Shown one piece after another: positions 8,385 to 16,476 of a stretch of 40,922 nucleotides of DNA (position 1 is its first letter; each line of letters starts with the position of its first letter). A program made the position numbers and the translations under genes. The stretch lies in IMG/VR virus record IMGVR_UViG_3300020044_006443, positions 1-40,922 of that record. One strand, given 5' to 3'. The notes below the pieces were generated by a model, which was not told the DNA's origin, did no database searches, and was given only the letters and a program-made list of their open reading frames with translations. The stretch is from a virus (taxonomy: Duplodnaviria > Caudoviricetes).

Positions 8385-8728
8385 CAGACATTAGGAAAAA
8401 GGCACGAGTGCTGCTTAACGCTGCGCGGGAGGCACACGTAAATCCGGATGACTACCTTATAGGGCAAACCGCCGTATGCCTCGCCATCGAACAGCACGAA
8501 GCCTTTAAGCAAGAGGTGAGCGATGTGATGACGTATATTAAGGCGCTCTATCCCACACTGCCAAGAAACTTCGACCGCTTCATCATACCCAAGCCCGACC
8601 CGCTGGTGGAAGTAATAAAGGCTATGCAAGCTGAACCGACCACATATGTTACCAGCGAAGTATACGCCAATCGCATCCACAAAAAGCTGGACGACCTTGG
8701 CTTTGAGATACGGGAGAAGGGGCAATGA
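8381..8728 (+). CDS. Hypothetical protein
   Basis: GAGG RBS; ATGA overlap; lower GC. Confidence 0.7.
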   Translation: MTDIRKKARVLLNAAREAHVNPDDYLIGQTAVCLAIEQHEAFKQEVSDVMTYIKALYPTLPRNFDRFIIPKPDPLVEVIKAMQAEPTTYVTSEVYANRIHKKLDDLGFEIREKGQ

Positions 8729-9012
8729 CTGATAAGACAGAAGCAATGGACAACCTGATTGCACAGGATGCAGACTTGATTGAAATTTGCTCCGACGATT
8801 TAGTGCGGCGGCTGCGGTCAACTGTATGCCAAGGCAATCTAGGCTGTCACAGGCTAGTTGACGATGACGAAGCAGCCGACCGCATCGAAGCCCTTGAGGC
8901 AGATATTGAACGGCTGCGTGAGGCATTGGAGTATATGGAATACTCTGAACCCAGCGTTGTTGAAGCTATCCGTATGCGGGTTGCCCGCGCAGCCTTTGGA
9001 GAAAAGCAATGA
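8725..9012 (+). CDS. Hypothetical protein (DLVRRLR...EAADRIEALE type)
   Basis: Common phage coiled-coil motif EAADRIEALEADIERLREAL. Confidence 0.8.
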   Translation: MTDKTEAMDNLIAQDADLIEICSDDLVRRLRSTVCQGNLGCHRLVDDDEAADRIEALEADIERLREALEYMEYSEPSVVEAIRMRVARAAFGEKQ

Positions 9013-9122
9013 CTGGCATTTGGCTGCTTCTTTTTATTCCCGCCGTCATCGTAGCGTGGGCGATTGCTATGGTCGCTCTTGCTTGGATGACTTGGAGCAT
9101 CAGGGAGATTTTTCGTGACTGA
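9009..9122 (+). CDS. 37-aa membrane peptide
   Basis: Hand-translated MTGIWLLLFIPAVIVAWAIAMVALAWMTWSIREIFRD; GGAG RBS; ATGA overlap. Confidence 0.7.
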   Translation: MTGIWLLLFIPAVIVAWAIAMVALAWMTWSIREIFRD

Positions 9123-9324
9123 GATTACAGAGGCTGATTGCAATGTCGCGGAATACATTGTGGGTGATCGTGCGCGTGACCTTGATTATCAGGTTGTGGC
9201 CTATCACCGCGAATGGTCGGTCCTAGAGGAACGCGCCAAGATTGTGGCATGGCTGCGGGGCATGGGTTTGCGCAACATTAATTACATCGCAGACGACATC
9301 GAAGCAGGGGAGCATTTGAAATGA
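9115..9324 (+). CDS. Hypothetical protein with ERAKIVAWLR...IEAGEH module
   Basis: GGGAG RBS, GTG start; similar to the C-terminus of 6286..6675. Confidence 0.75.
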   Translation: MTEITEADCNVAEYIVGDRARDLDYQVVAYHREWSVLEERAKIVAWLRGMGLRNINYIADDIEAGEHLK

Positions 9325-9395
9325 CCCTGCGCCAATTCCTGCAAGACAATTTCGGCTGGGATATTTACGACTGGGCCGATGAGATTAGATTTTAG
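9321..9395 (+). CDS. 24-aa peptide
   Basis: Hand-translated MTLRQFLQDNFGWDIYDWADEIRF; GGGGAG RBS; ATGA overlap. Confidence 0.6.
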   Translation: MTLRQFLQDNFGWDIYDWADEIRF

Positions 9396-9408
9396 AAGGA
9401 GAAGTAAT

Positions 9409-9606
9409 ATGATGACCCCAGAAGACGCAATGAGACAGGCCCACATGACGGCCGACCTGTACGCACATGAGGCAGCACGTACATTTGAGCGGATCTTTGG
9501 CTTCCCGCCAGAGGAGGACGCGCCGGCCGCCGCCATATTCATCGGCCAGTACATGCGCACCGCAGCTCACGACTTCGATGTCGCCATGCGGGGACGCGGC
9601 AAATGA
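9409..9606 (+). CDS. Hypothetical protein
   Basis: AAGGAG RBS before the ATG at 9409. Confidence 0.75.
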   Translation: MMTPEDAMRQAHMTADLYAHEAARTFERIFGFPPEEDAPAAAIFIGQYMRTAAHDFDVAMRGRGK

Positions 9607-9890
9607 CAAACACATTCAGAGTTACCGACGCGGACATAAAGCGAGCCTGCTCGTACATAACGGAAGACAAGGCCATTGCCGACTACTTCCACGTCGACAT
9701 AGCACGCGTGAAAGAGCTGCGTAAGAAGGTGGCCAACACCGCGGAGATCAAGGCCGAGCGTGCGCAGAAGCGTGCGCCCATGCACGCCACTGCCGAGGAG
9801 AACCGCATGCGCGCAAACGCAAAGCAGGGATCTGATGATTTGCTGCGCGCACTAATGAAATTCTTTGAAAACCGAAGGGCAACACTATGA
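9603..9890 (+). CDS. Putative HTH protein
   Basis: DKAIADYFHVDIARVKELR is HTH-like; ATGA overlap. Confidence 0.7.
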   Translation: MTNTFRVTDADIKRACSYITEDKAIADYFHVDIARVKELRKKVANTAEIKAERAQKRAPMHATAEENRMRANAKQGSDDLLRALMKFFENRRATL

Positions 9891-10114
9891 GCAAGAAGAT
9901 AACCGCCGCAGTCGAGGCCGAGAAGGCCGCCGTCATTGAGATGCTGGTGTCGATGCGGGAAGGCATAGATGTCGCCTCGCGCACCGCCGGACCTACGGAC
10001 ATCGGCACACTGCGCTTCGCCAGTGGCTTTGTGTCTGGCATTATCGAGAGCATCGAGGACAATCTGCACCGGGGAGAGGCTCCGCAGCCGAAGCCGTTAA
10101 TTATTTTATCATAG
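9887..10114 (+). CDS. Hypothetical protein
   Basis: ATGA overlap; VEAEKAA...IEDNLHRGE. Confidence 0.7.
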   Translation: MSKKITAAVEAEKAAVIEMLVSMREGIDVASRTAGPTDIGTLRFASGFVSGIIESIEDNLHRGEAPQPKPLIILS

Positions 10115-10118
10115 GCAC

Positions 10119-10137
10119 TTGCAACTTTGGGTTGCAA
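10119..10137. promoter_or_regulatory. TGCAA-N7-TTGCA palindrome (operator/promoter) upstream of the cro-primase unit
   Basis: TTGCAActttgggTTGCAA in an intergenic gap. Confidence 0.65.
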
Positions 10138-10168
10138 ATGCGACACGCCAATTAGTAGGAGAGAGCAA

Positions 10169-10369
10169 ATGAGTATCTTGGACACCATTAACCCTTGGGG
10201 CGCAGTGCGCCGCATACGTAAAGAGTTTGAAGATGCGCAGGCAGCGCACTGGGTTGAGTACGAAAAGTGGACAGCCACGAACAACAAACTCAAGGCGCAG
10301 ATCGCTAAGGGCCACTTCCGCAATCCAAAGACAGGCCGCATTGGCCGCAAGGGAGTGACGTTTGAATGA
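10169..10369 (+). CDS. Hypothetical protein
   Basis: AGGAG RBS; C-terminal FRNPKTGR motif. Confidence 0.75.
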   Translation: MSILDTINPWGAVRRIRKEFEDAQAAHWVEYEKWTATNNKLKAQIAKGHFRNPKTGRIGRKGVTFE

Positions 10370-10608
10370 CTACCAAGGATGAACGTATCGCAGCCCTCGA
10401 CCTCGCCATTGAGCGTGGTGGGGGCATCGTGCGCTTTGCAAAGAGTATGAACGTCACGCATCAGGCCGTCTACAACTGGCGGAAGCGCGGATGGGTACCG
10501 CCCGAGCGTTCTTTGATTATCGAGACAATATTTGGTGTTGAGCGAAGTCGGCTAATGGACCCCAATCTTGTCCGCGCAGTGAGCACGCCCGCAGCACACA
10601 CTTTTTAA
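10366..10608 (+). CDS. Cro-like (YdaS-type) HTH regulator
   Basis: LDLAIERGGGIVRFAKSMNVTHQAVYNWRKRGWVPPER...LMDP; precedes the primase. Confidence 0.85.
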   Translation: MTTKDERIAALDLAIERGGGIVRFAKSMNVTHQAVYNWRKRGWVPPERSLIIETIFGVERSRLMDPNLVRAVSTPAAHTF

Positions 10609-10623
10609 GAAGGCCGACGCACC

Positions 10624-12645
10624 ATGACCGCTGTCCAGCGTATCACACCACACTTGCGCGAAATGAACGCGCCAGCACCCTTGCGCGACCTGCCATACTG
10701 GCTGTGTTGGAGGCTTGAGCCGTTCGACGGCGAGGTGAAGGCACGGAAAGTTCCGTACTATCCCACCGGCGAACGCCGCCACGGCACGCAGGGCGCGCCG
10801 CAGGACATGGCCAAACTGACGACCTTTGCCGTCGCACGGGATGCGGCCATCAAGGGAGGCTTTGACGGCGTGGGCTTTGCGCACACGTTGGCCGGCGGTG
10901 TTGTCACGCTCGACTTCGACGCGTGCGTCACAGACGGCGTCGTGCGTCCGGACATCCTTAGTCTGGTTGAGGGCACGTACGCAGAGTTCAGCCCCAGCGG
11001 TCAGGGCATCCACGCCATCTTCTTTGGACCTCCGAACCTGCTTGAGAACCGCAAGGCGCGCAACGAGGGGCCTGAGTTCGCGGTGGAGGCATTCAGCTCT
11101 GCGGGCTTTACGACGTTCACCGGGTGGCTACTCGATCACGTGGACATACTCGGATACGAGGACCGCATCGCGCCGCTGCCGCAGGCCGTTGTGGACGCAT
11201 GCCAGCGCCGCTTTGGTAAGAGCCGCTCTGCCGTCGACAGCGAGGACTTCATGCTCGGTCGCGAGAGGCCGCTCGGTCTTTCCATAGAGCAGATCGAGGA
11301 CATCCTGCGGCACCTGAGCCCAGACTGTAGCCGCGAGGAGTGGATACGCATCGGCACAGCCATCCACCACGAGACGGAGGGCGACGACACGGGCCTGTCC
11401 ATTTGGGACGAGTGGTCCTCCGACGGTGTCACGTACCCCGGCTCTGAGGGCGTTGAGTACCAGTGGCGCAGCTTCAGGGGGCCAACCCCCGGCCGCGCGT
11501 CGATAACAATGGCCTCGGTCATCAAGATGGCCAAGGAGGTAGGCTACCGCCCCAGTGAGGCAGCCAGCAGGGAACAGATGCTCGCCAAGGCCGAGGCGAT
11601 CATGGCTGAGCTGCCTAAAAAGAGTTTGGGCCGCTTCGGCCCCGTGCCAATCTACGACCTGTCCCTCGCACCGCCGATGGACTGGCTGATCAAAGGCGTC
11701 CTGCCGAGGGGCGAGCTGGGCGTGCTCTTCGGCGCGTCGGGATCTGGCAAGACGTTCGTGGCGCTGGATCTGGCATTCTCGGTCGCACGCGGCATCGCTT
11801 GGCGCGATCGGCGCACGACGCGCGGGCGTGTTGCGATCATCGCCGCAGAGGGCGGGGCGGGCATCGGCAAGCGCGGCGAGGCGTACGCACGCTACCATGA
11901 CTTCAACTTGCAGGGCGTTGACGTGCACGTCATCACGGCCGCACCGAACTTCCTTGACAGCGACGACGTCTCCGAGGTGATAGCCGAGCTTAACAACATC
12001 GGCCCCGTTGACTTGGTCATAGTTGACACGTTCGCGCAGGTGACACCCGGCGCAAATGAGAACACGTCCGAGGACGTGGGCCGTGCACTGTCGAACCTCA
12101 AGCTCCTGCATGAGGCGACGCGCGCCATGAACCTTGTTGTCGCACACGCCGGCAAGGATCTCAGCAAGGGCGTACGTGGCTGGTCGGGCCTGAAGGCCGC
12201 AGCCGACGTCCAGATCGAAGTGGTTCGCCACGAGGATGGCACGCGCGAGATTATTATCGAGAAGATGAAGGACGGCGAGGACGGCATCCGCTGGGCCTTC
12301 CGGCTTGAAGTCGTCGAGGTCGGCATCGACTATGACGGTGACATCGTCACGAGCTGCGTCGCCGTGCCAGCGGAATTGCCGGTCAAGGTCGAGGAAGAGC
12401 GCATCGTATTGAAGCGTCGCGGACGTGTAGAAAATCACGTGTTGGAGATTATGACCCTGTTCGGCGACCAGAGTATTGTCAGCGCTATTGAGCTAATCGA
12501 CCGCGCCGTGGCCGCATTACAGCCACCAGAGGACGGCAAGCGCGACACACGCAGGCAGTCCGTAACCCGCGCAATTCAGGCACTTAGCAAGGAGAAGGAC
12601 GGTCCGTTGCGCATGGAAGGCGGAAAAATTATCTTCTACGAGTAA
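10624..12645 (+). CDS. Primase-polymerase / PriCT-2 / RecA-fold (AAA_25, RepA-like) helicase fusion
   Basis: N-terminal KVPY, GVGF, LDFD, YAEFSPSGQGIH (NrS-1-like AEP); EEWIRIGTAIH..WDEWS..WRSF (PriCT-2); GASGSGKT, LVIVDT, H.GK..RG.S. Confidence 0.92.
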   Translation: MTAVQRITPHLREMNAPAPLRDLPYWLCWRLEPFDGEVKARKVPYYPTGERRHGTQGAPQDMAKLTTFAVARDAAIKGGFDGVGFAHTLAGGVVTLDFDACVTDGVVRPDILSLVEGTYAEFSPSGQGIHAIFFGPPNLLENRKARNEGPEFAVEAFSSAGFTTFTGWLLDHVDILGYEDRIAPLPQAVVDACQRRFGKSRSAVDSEDFMLGRERPLGLSIEQIEDILRHLSPDCSREEWIRIGTAIHHETEGDDTGLSIWDEWSSDGVTYPGSEGVEYQWRSFRGPTPGRASITMASVIKMAKEVGYRPSEAASREQMLAKAEAIMAELPKKSLGRFGPVPIYDLSLAPPMDWLIKGVLPRGELGVLFGASGSGKTFVALDLAFSVARGIAWRDRRTTRGRVAIIAAEGGAGIGKRGEAYARYHDFNLQGVDVHVITAAPNFLDSDDVSEVIAELNNIGPVDLVIVDTFAQVTPGANENTSEDVGRALSNLKLLHEATRAMNLVVAHAGKDLSKGVRGWSGLKAAADVQIEVVRHEDGTREIIIEKMKDGEDGIRWAFRLEVVEVGIDYDGDIVTSCVAVPAELPVKVEEERIVLKRRGRVENHVLEIMTLFGDQSIVSAIELIDRAVAALQPPEDGKRDTRRQSVTRAIQALSKEKDGPLRMEGGKIIFYE

Positions 12646-12662
12646 AAAATTGCAGATAGGTG

Positions 12663-12723
12663 TTGCAATGCCTAATTGCATGTGCCATTAAGGTGCATCA
12701 GCAACGAAGGAGTACACAACATG
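12663..12723 (+). promoter_or_regulatory. Promoter with TGCAA-N7-TTGCA palindrome plus conserved leader
   Basis: TTGCAAtgcctaaTTGCATGTGCCATTAAGGTGCATCAGCAACGAAGGAGTACACAACATG. Confidence 0.8.
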
Positions 12724-13032
12724 AGCACCGCATTTGCAACCATCAGCAACATCCACCCGGCCGACCGTCTGGGTGACATCAAGGCAGAGATCGCCCGCCT
12801 GTCGGAGATCTCAAAGTTCCTTGAGGCCGAACTTAAAGATCTTGGCGTCGGCGCGCACGAGGGCAACCTCTTCCGTGCCACCGTCAGCGAAGTGGCCGAG
12901 CGTTCGTCGCTCTGCCCCAAGGCTGCCGAGGCCAAGCTCCGCGAGCTGGGCGTTGACGGTCGCTGGTTCAGCAAGAACCAGAAGACCACCAAGGGCTACA
13001 CCGTCCTCAAAATTGCAGCGAGGAAGGTATAA
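12721..13032 (+). CDS. Hypothetical protein
   Basis: Starts at the leader ATG; ADRLGDIKAEIARL coiled coil followed by a beta-rich tail. Confidence 0.8.
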   Translation: MSTAFATISNIHPADRLGDIKAEIARLSEISKFLEAELKDLGVGAHEGNLFRATVSEVAERSSLCPKAAEAKLRELGVDGRWFSKNQKTTKGYTVLKIAARKV

Positions 13033-13211
13033 TGACTGGCAGCATCCTCGCAGCGGAATACACGTCGGGTACCAATCGGTACCCGCCAACCCTCTACATC
13101 AACCGGATCGCGGACGGACGCCGTTCGAACGTGGCCGCCTTCACCGTGTCAGGCAAGCGCGAGGCGCGCAAGCTGGCAAAGCAACAGGGAGCAGAACCGT
13201 GGAACTTTTAG
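13032..13211 (+). CDS. 59-aa hypothetical protein
   Basis: Hand-translated MTGSILAAEYTSG...VSGKREARKLAKQQGAEPWNF; TAATG coupling. Confidence 0.7.
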   Translation: MTGSILAAEYTSGTNRYPPTLYINRIADGRRSNVAAFTVSGKREARKLAKQQGAEPWNF

Positions 13212-13498
13212 ACCGCAGCCGTTACCGAATGCGCGAGGACAGCAACCTCCTCGAACAGGCGAAGTACAACCCCACCGCAGAGCTGGCCGTCGTGCTGGCC
13301 GAGCGTCTGGAGGAAGTGCAGTTCGAATTTGACGAACAGCTCGAGGAGGCAAAGGAGCGTGCGGCCGACTTTGAACGCGACGCCAACCACCTCGACGACA
13401 AGATCTACGAGCTGCAATCGGAGATCGACAAGCTCGAACTGATGCTGGGAGAGCGCGACCGTATTATTGACGAACTGAAGGAGCAGAAAAATGATTAA
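13199..13498 (+). CDS. Acidic coiled-coil protein
   Basis: GGGAG RBS and GTG at 13199; this is the 3' part of track ORF 12734..13498. Confidence 0.7.
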   Translation: MELLDRSRYRMREDSNLLEQAKYNPTAELAVVLAERLEEVQFEFDEQLEEAKERAADFERDANHLDDKIYELQSEIDKLELMLGERDRIIDELKEQKND

Positions 13499-13937
13499 GA
13501 TTGAAGTAACAGGCAACAGCATCCCCGAAGTGGCCGACAAGCTGCTGGCCATTGGTGCCAGTTTGCGTGCCAACGGCGCGCTTGTGGAGGTAGCCAAAGA
13601 GGCACTCGTGGACCCTACGCTGAACCGGCCTACGTCCGACGCCTCAGTGACTTCGCCCGATACGTCGAGCGATACGCCGCGTTCGGTGGCCCCCAAGAGT
13701 GCTCCCGCTGCTACAGTTACAGAGAGCCAGCCAACGACGAAGGAAGCCTCTTCTACCCCTGCCCCTGCGGCATTGGACTTTGACACGGACGTAGCGCCGC
13801 ACGTGCTGGCCGTGGTGCAGAAGCTGGGCAAGCCGGCCGCGCAGGAGATCCTGTCGCAGTTCGGCGTTGAGAAGGCATCGCTGCTCGACCCTGCGCGTTG
13901 GCCTGAGCTGGTCACAGCATTGCAGGACGCGAGCTAA
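13491..13937 (+). CDS. Hypothetical protein typical upstream of DUF2800 genes
   Basis: Pro/Thr/Ala linker and C-terminal [17 protein letters not shown] domain; AAGGAG RBS. Confidence 0.8.
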   Translation: MIKIEVTGNSIPEVADKLLAIGASLRANGALVEVAKEALVDPTLNRPTSDASVTSPDTSSDTPRSVAPKSAPAATVTESQPTTKEASSTPAPAALDFDTDVAPHVLAVVQKLGKPAAQEILSQFGVEKASLLDPARWPELVTALQDAS

Positions 13938-15175
13938 TGGCCCACGCAAAGCTATCACCCTCGGGGGCGCACCGTTGGCTGCGCTGCCCCGGCAGCGTCG
14001 TCCTTGAGGCACCGTACCCAGACACGAGCAGCAGTTACGCCCGCGAGGGCACTGCCGCGCACGAGCTGGCGGCCTTTATACTTTCTAGCGAGAGACCGAA
14101 TGCCCAGTACTATGTGAACCAGATATTTGAGTTCGACGACCACGGCGAAATGGTGGACTGGCGTGTAACGCAGGACATGGCCGATTACGTTGACGATTAC
14201 ATCAAGCTGGTCCGCGAGCTGGCGCAGGGTAAGATGCTGCTCGTTGAGCGCAGGGTGCCCATCAGCCACCTTACGGGAGAGGCGGGTGCCACCGGCACCA
14301 GCGATGTCGTCATCGTGGACACGACCGGCCGCAACCTAACCGTGGTCGACTTGAAGTACGGTATGGGCGTTCGCGTTGAGGCCGAGGAGAACCCCCAGCT
14401 CATGATGTACGCCCTTGGCGCGCTACACGAGTACGACGTTCTGGGCGTCTTTGAGACGGTCAGCATGTACATTCACATGCCCCGCCTGAACTTCGTCAGC
14501 GAGTATCACATACCCGTTCAAGAGCTGCTGAGCGCGGGCGAGGACGTCCGTCGCGGCGCGGAGCTGTGCCGCAAGGCAGAGGCGGCCGAGGAGGCAGATC
14601 TGGCCGAGTTCCTTGAGCCGGGCGAAAAGCAGTGCCGCTTCTGCAAGGCAAAGGCCACGTGCAGCGCCCTGCGTGCCGACATCACCGACGTTGTGGGCGG
14701 CGACGCTGCCTGCACCATTGATGAGTTCGCGGAGTTTCTGCCAGAGACTGTCGACAGCGAGACTGGCGACAACTACCTGCCGATCGCCATGTCCAAGGTC
14801 GCGCTGGTCGAGGATTGGTGCAAGGCCGTCCGCGCCGAGGTCGAGCGCAGATTGTTCGCCGGCCAGAAGGTGGACGGCTACAAGCTGGTCGAGGGCAAGC
14901 GCGGCCACCGCAAGTGGGGGAATGAGGCGGAGGTCGAGGATCTCTTCAAATCTTTCCGCATGCGGCAGGACGAGATGTACGATTTGAGCTTGATTTCGCC
15001 CACCAAGGCGGAGAAGGTGTTCAAGCAAAATCCCAAGCGCTGGGCTAAGGTCACTGACCTTATCACCCAAAGCGTGGGCAAGCCATCTGTGGCACTGGCC
15101 ACGGATAAACGACCAGAGATGGTCATCCAGTCGGTCTCTGATGATTTCAGCGACCTCATTAAAACGCTAAACTGA
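13937..15175 (+). CDS. Cas4-like PD-(D/E)XK exonuclease (DUF2800)
   Basis: [53 protein letters not shown]. Confidence 0.92.
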   Translation: MAHAKLSPSGAHRWLRCPGSVVLEAPYPDTSSSYAREGTAAHELAAFILSSERPNAQYYVNQIFEFDDHGEMVDWRVTQDMADYVDDYIKLVRELAQGKMLLVERRVPISHLTGEAGATGTSDVVIVDTTGRNLTVVDLKYGMGVRVEAEENPQLMMYALGALHEYDVLGVFETVSMYIHMPRLNFVSEYHIPVQELLSAGEDVRRGAELCRKAEAAEEADLAEFLEPGEKQCRFCKAKATCSALRADITDVVGGDAACTIDEFAEFLPETVDSETGDNYLPIAMSKVALVEDWCKAVRAEVERRLFAGQKVDGYKLVEGKRGHRKWGNEAEVEDLFKSFRMRQDEMYDLSLISPTKAEKVFKQNPKRWAKVTDLITQSVGKPSVALATDKRPEMVIQSVSDDFSDLIKTLN

Positions 15176-15192
15176 GAATAGGATAATTGAAA

Positions 15193-15786
15193 ATGGCTGC
15201 TAAAAAACAACTTATGCTGAAGAACGTCGTTCTGGCCTTCCCGAACATTGCCGAGCCGCAGGCCTTCGGAAAAGGTGAACCAGCATACGGCGCAAAATTC
15301 CCCATCGTACCCAACAGCGAACAGCACAAGGCTATCGAAGCCGCGATGCTGGAAGTTGCCAAGGAAGAGTGGGGCGATAAGGGCCCGAACATTCTCGCCA
15401 CCCTCACCGAGGACGACAAGGTCGCCTTCACCAAAAAGGTCTACAAGAACAAGACCTCCGGCGAGCCGTATCAGGGCTTCGAGGACAAGCACTACCTGTC
15501 GACACGCAACCCCAAGACCCAGCCGAGCGTTTACAACGCGTACGGTGACGACGTGGTCGGTAAGGCAGACATTGAGCGCGAGGCTTTCAGCGGTGCCGTT
15601 GTCAACGCCTCGATCGAGATCTGGGCACAGGACAGCAAGGACTGGGGCCGTCGCATCAACTGTTCGCTGCGTGGCATCATGTTGACAGGCGAAGGCGAGA
15701 ACTTCGGTGGTGGCTCAAAACCAGCATCGGCCGATGAGTTCGCCGCCTTCGCTAAGTCCAAGGCCGACGCCGAGGACATCCTGTGA
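15193..15786 (+). CDS. ssDNA-binding protein (DUF2815, T7 gp2.5-like)
   Basis: LAFPNIAEP, SGAVVNASI, RINCSLRGI..GEGENFGGG, acidic C-terminus; usual position between exonuclease and polymerase. Confidence 0.88.
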   Translation: MAAKKQLMLKNVVLAFPNIAEPQAFGKGEPAYGAKFPIVPNSEQHKAIEAAMLEVAKEEWGDKGPNILATLTEDDKVAFTKKVYKNKTSGEPYQGFEDKHYLSTRNPKTQPSVYNAYGDDVVGKADIEREAFSGAVVNASIEIWAQDSKDWGRRINCSLRGIMLTGEGENFGGGSKPASADEFAAFAKSKADAEDIL

Positions 15787-16037
15787 GCGTAATCGGCCAC
15801 AACTCCAGCGAGGAGCAACTGCGCCTCTTAATCGAGCGTGTTGAGCGTCTGGAGGAAGAAAAGAAGGGCGTTTCGGAGGACATCCGGGACGTCTACAGTG
15901 AGGCCAAGGCCGTTGGCTTCGACCCGAAGATCATGCGTCAAATCGTCCGCCTGCGGAAGATGACAAAGGATGATCGGGCGGAGATGGAGGCCATACTGGA
16001 GACCTACAAAAAGGCTCTTGGCATGGATCTGCTCTAA
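15783..16037 (+). CDS. gapR: GapR-like nucleoid-associated protein (DUF2312)
   Basis: QLRLLIERVERLEEEKKGVSEDIRDVYSEAKAVGFDPKIMRQIVRLRK...EAILETYKKALGM. Confidence 0.92.
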   Translation: MSVIGHNSSEEQLRLLIERVERLEEEKKGVSEDIRDVYSEAKAVGFDPKIMRQIVRLRKMTKDDRAEMEAILETYKKALGMDLL

Positions 16038-16046
16038 CTGTATAAG
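16018..16046 (+). promoter_or_regulatory. Putative sigma70-like promoter for the structured RNA
   Basis: TTGGCA(16018-16023)-N17-TATAAG(16041-16046). Confidence 0.45.
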
Positions 16047-16049
16047 ATT

Positions 16050-16098
16050 GGTGCGTTGGTCTTTTATCCACCCTTTAGGGCCAACGCACCTTCTTTCT
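16050..16098 (+). terminator. Hairpin with U-rich tail (terminator/attenuator candidate)
   Basis: GGTGCGTTGGTC / GGCCAACGCACC followed by TTCTTTCT; the loop is long (17 nt). Confidence 0.45.
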
Positions 16099-16170
16099 GG
16101 CGAGCCGCGCGCGGGTGCGGGTACTCCTGCGTTGCTGATACACGAAGCGCGCGGCTCACCTGAAAGAAGG
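16089..16170 (+). ncRNA. Putative antisense/riboregulator RNA complementary to the conserved leaders
   Basis: 24-bp stem (16089-16112 with 16147-16170, 22/24 paired); loop contains GTACTCCTGCGTTGCTGATACAC, the reverse complement of GTGTATCAGCAACGCAGGAGTAC. Confidence 0.65.
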
Positions 16171-16179
16171 AGTATCAGC

Positions 16180-16476
16180 ATGAGTAAGTTAACAATCCCA
16201 CAAATCCGCGAAGAAGTGCAGCAGCTCACTGCTGAAAGCACGCAGTTGGCGCGCCGGCAGATCCAGATCAACGCACGCATAGACGCCTTGATGCAGGAGA
16301 CGTACCGCCGCAGCTACACACGCGCGCCTACCACTAGCCGCCGCGTTACGGCCGCCGTTCGCGCCTCAGTGCGCGGGATGGCCGCCTGCGAACCAGACGC
16401 CTCGCACCAAGAGATTGCGACTGCCCACGGCATCAACATCGGCCGCGTCAGCGAAATCCTGCACGGCAAGCGATGA
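16180..16476 (+). CDS. Coiled-coil plus C-terminal HTH protein
   Basis: AAGGAG RBS, ATG at 16180; PDASHQEIATAHGINIGRVSEILHGKR. Confidence 0.8.
   Translation: MSKLTIPQIREEVQQLTAESTQLARRQIQINARIDALMQETYRRSYTRAPTTSRRVTAAVRASVRGMAACEPDASHQEIATAHGINIGRVSEILHGKR

Noticed and set aside
11128-12438. 436-aa minus-strand ORF (similarly 17367..18137 and 19384..20418)
   Set aside because: Antisense to the primase-helicase, polymerase and helicase; typical high-GC shadow ORFs.
12734-13198. N-terminal part of the 254-aa track ORF
   Set aside because: Overlaps two better-supported genes; the likely start is GTG 13199.
13937-15175. Cas4 as evidence of a CRISPR-Cas system
   Set aside because: It is the usual phage DUF2800 exonuclease in an exonuclease-SSB-polA module; no other cas genes or array.
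16050-16170. tRNA or known riboswitch
   Set aside because: No cloverleaf, T-loop or aptamer consensus that I recognise; an Rfam search is still needed.
15828-16280. Minus-strand 150-aa ORF crossing the stem-loop
   Set aside because: Overlaps gapR and the HTH gene in antisense; no RBS; its CISN similarity to other track ORFs only reflects the shared non-coding motif.
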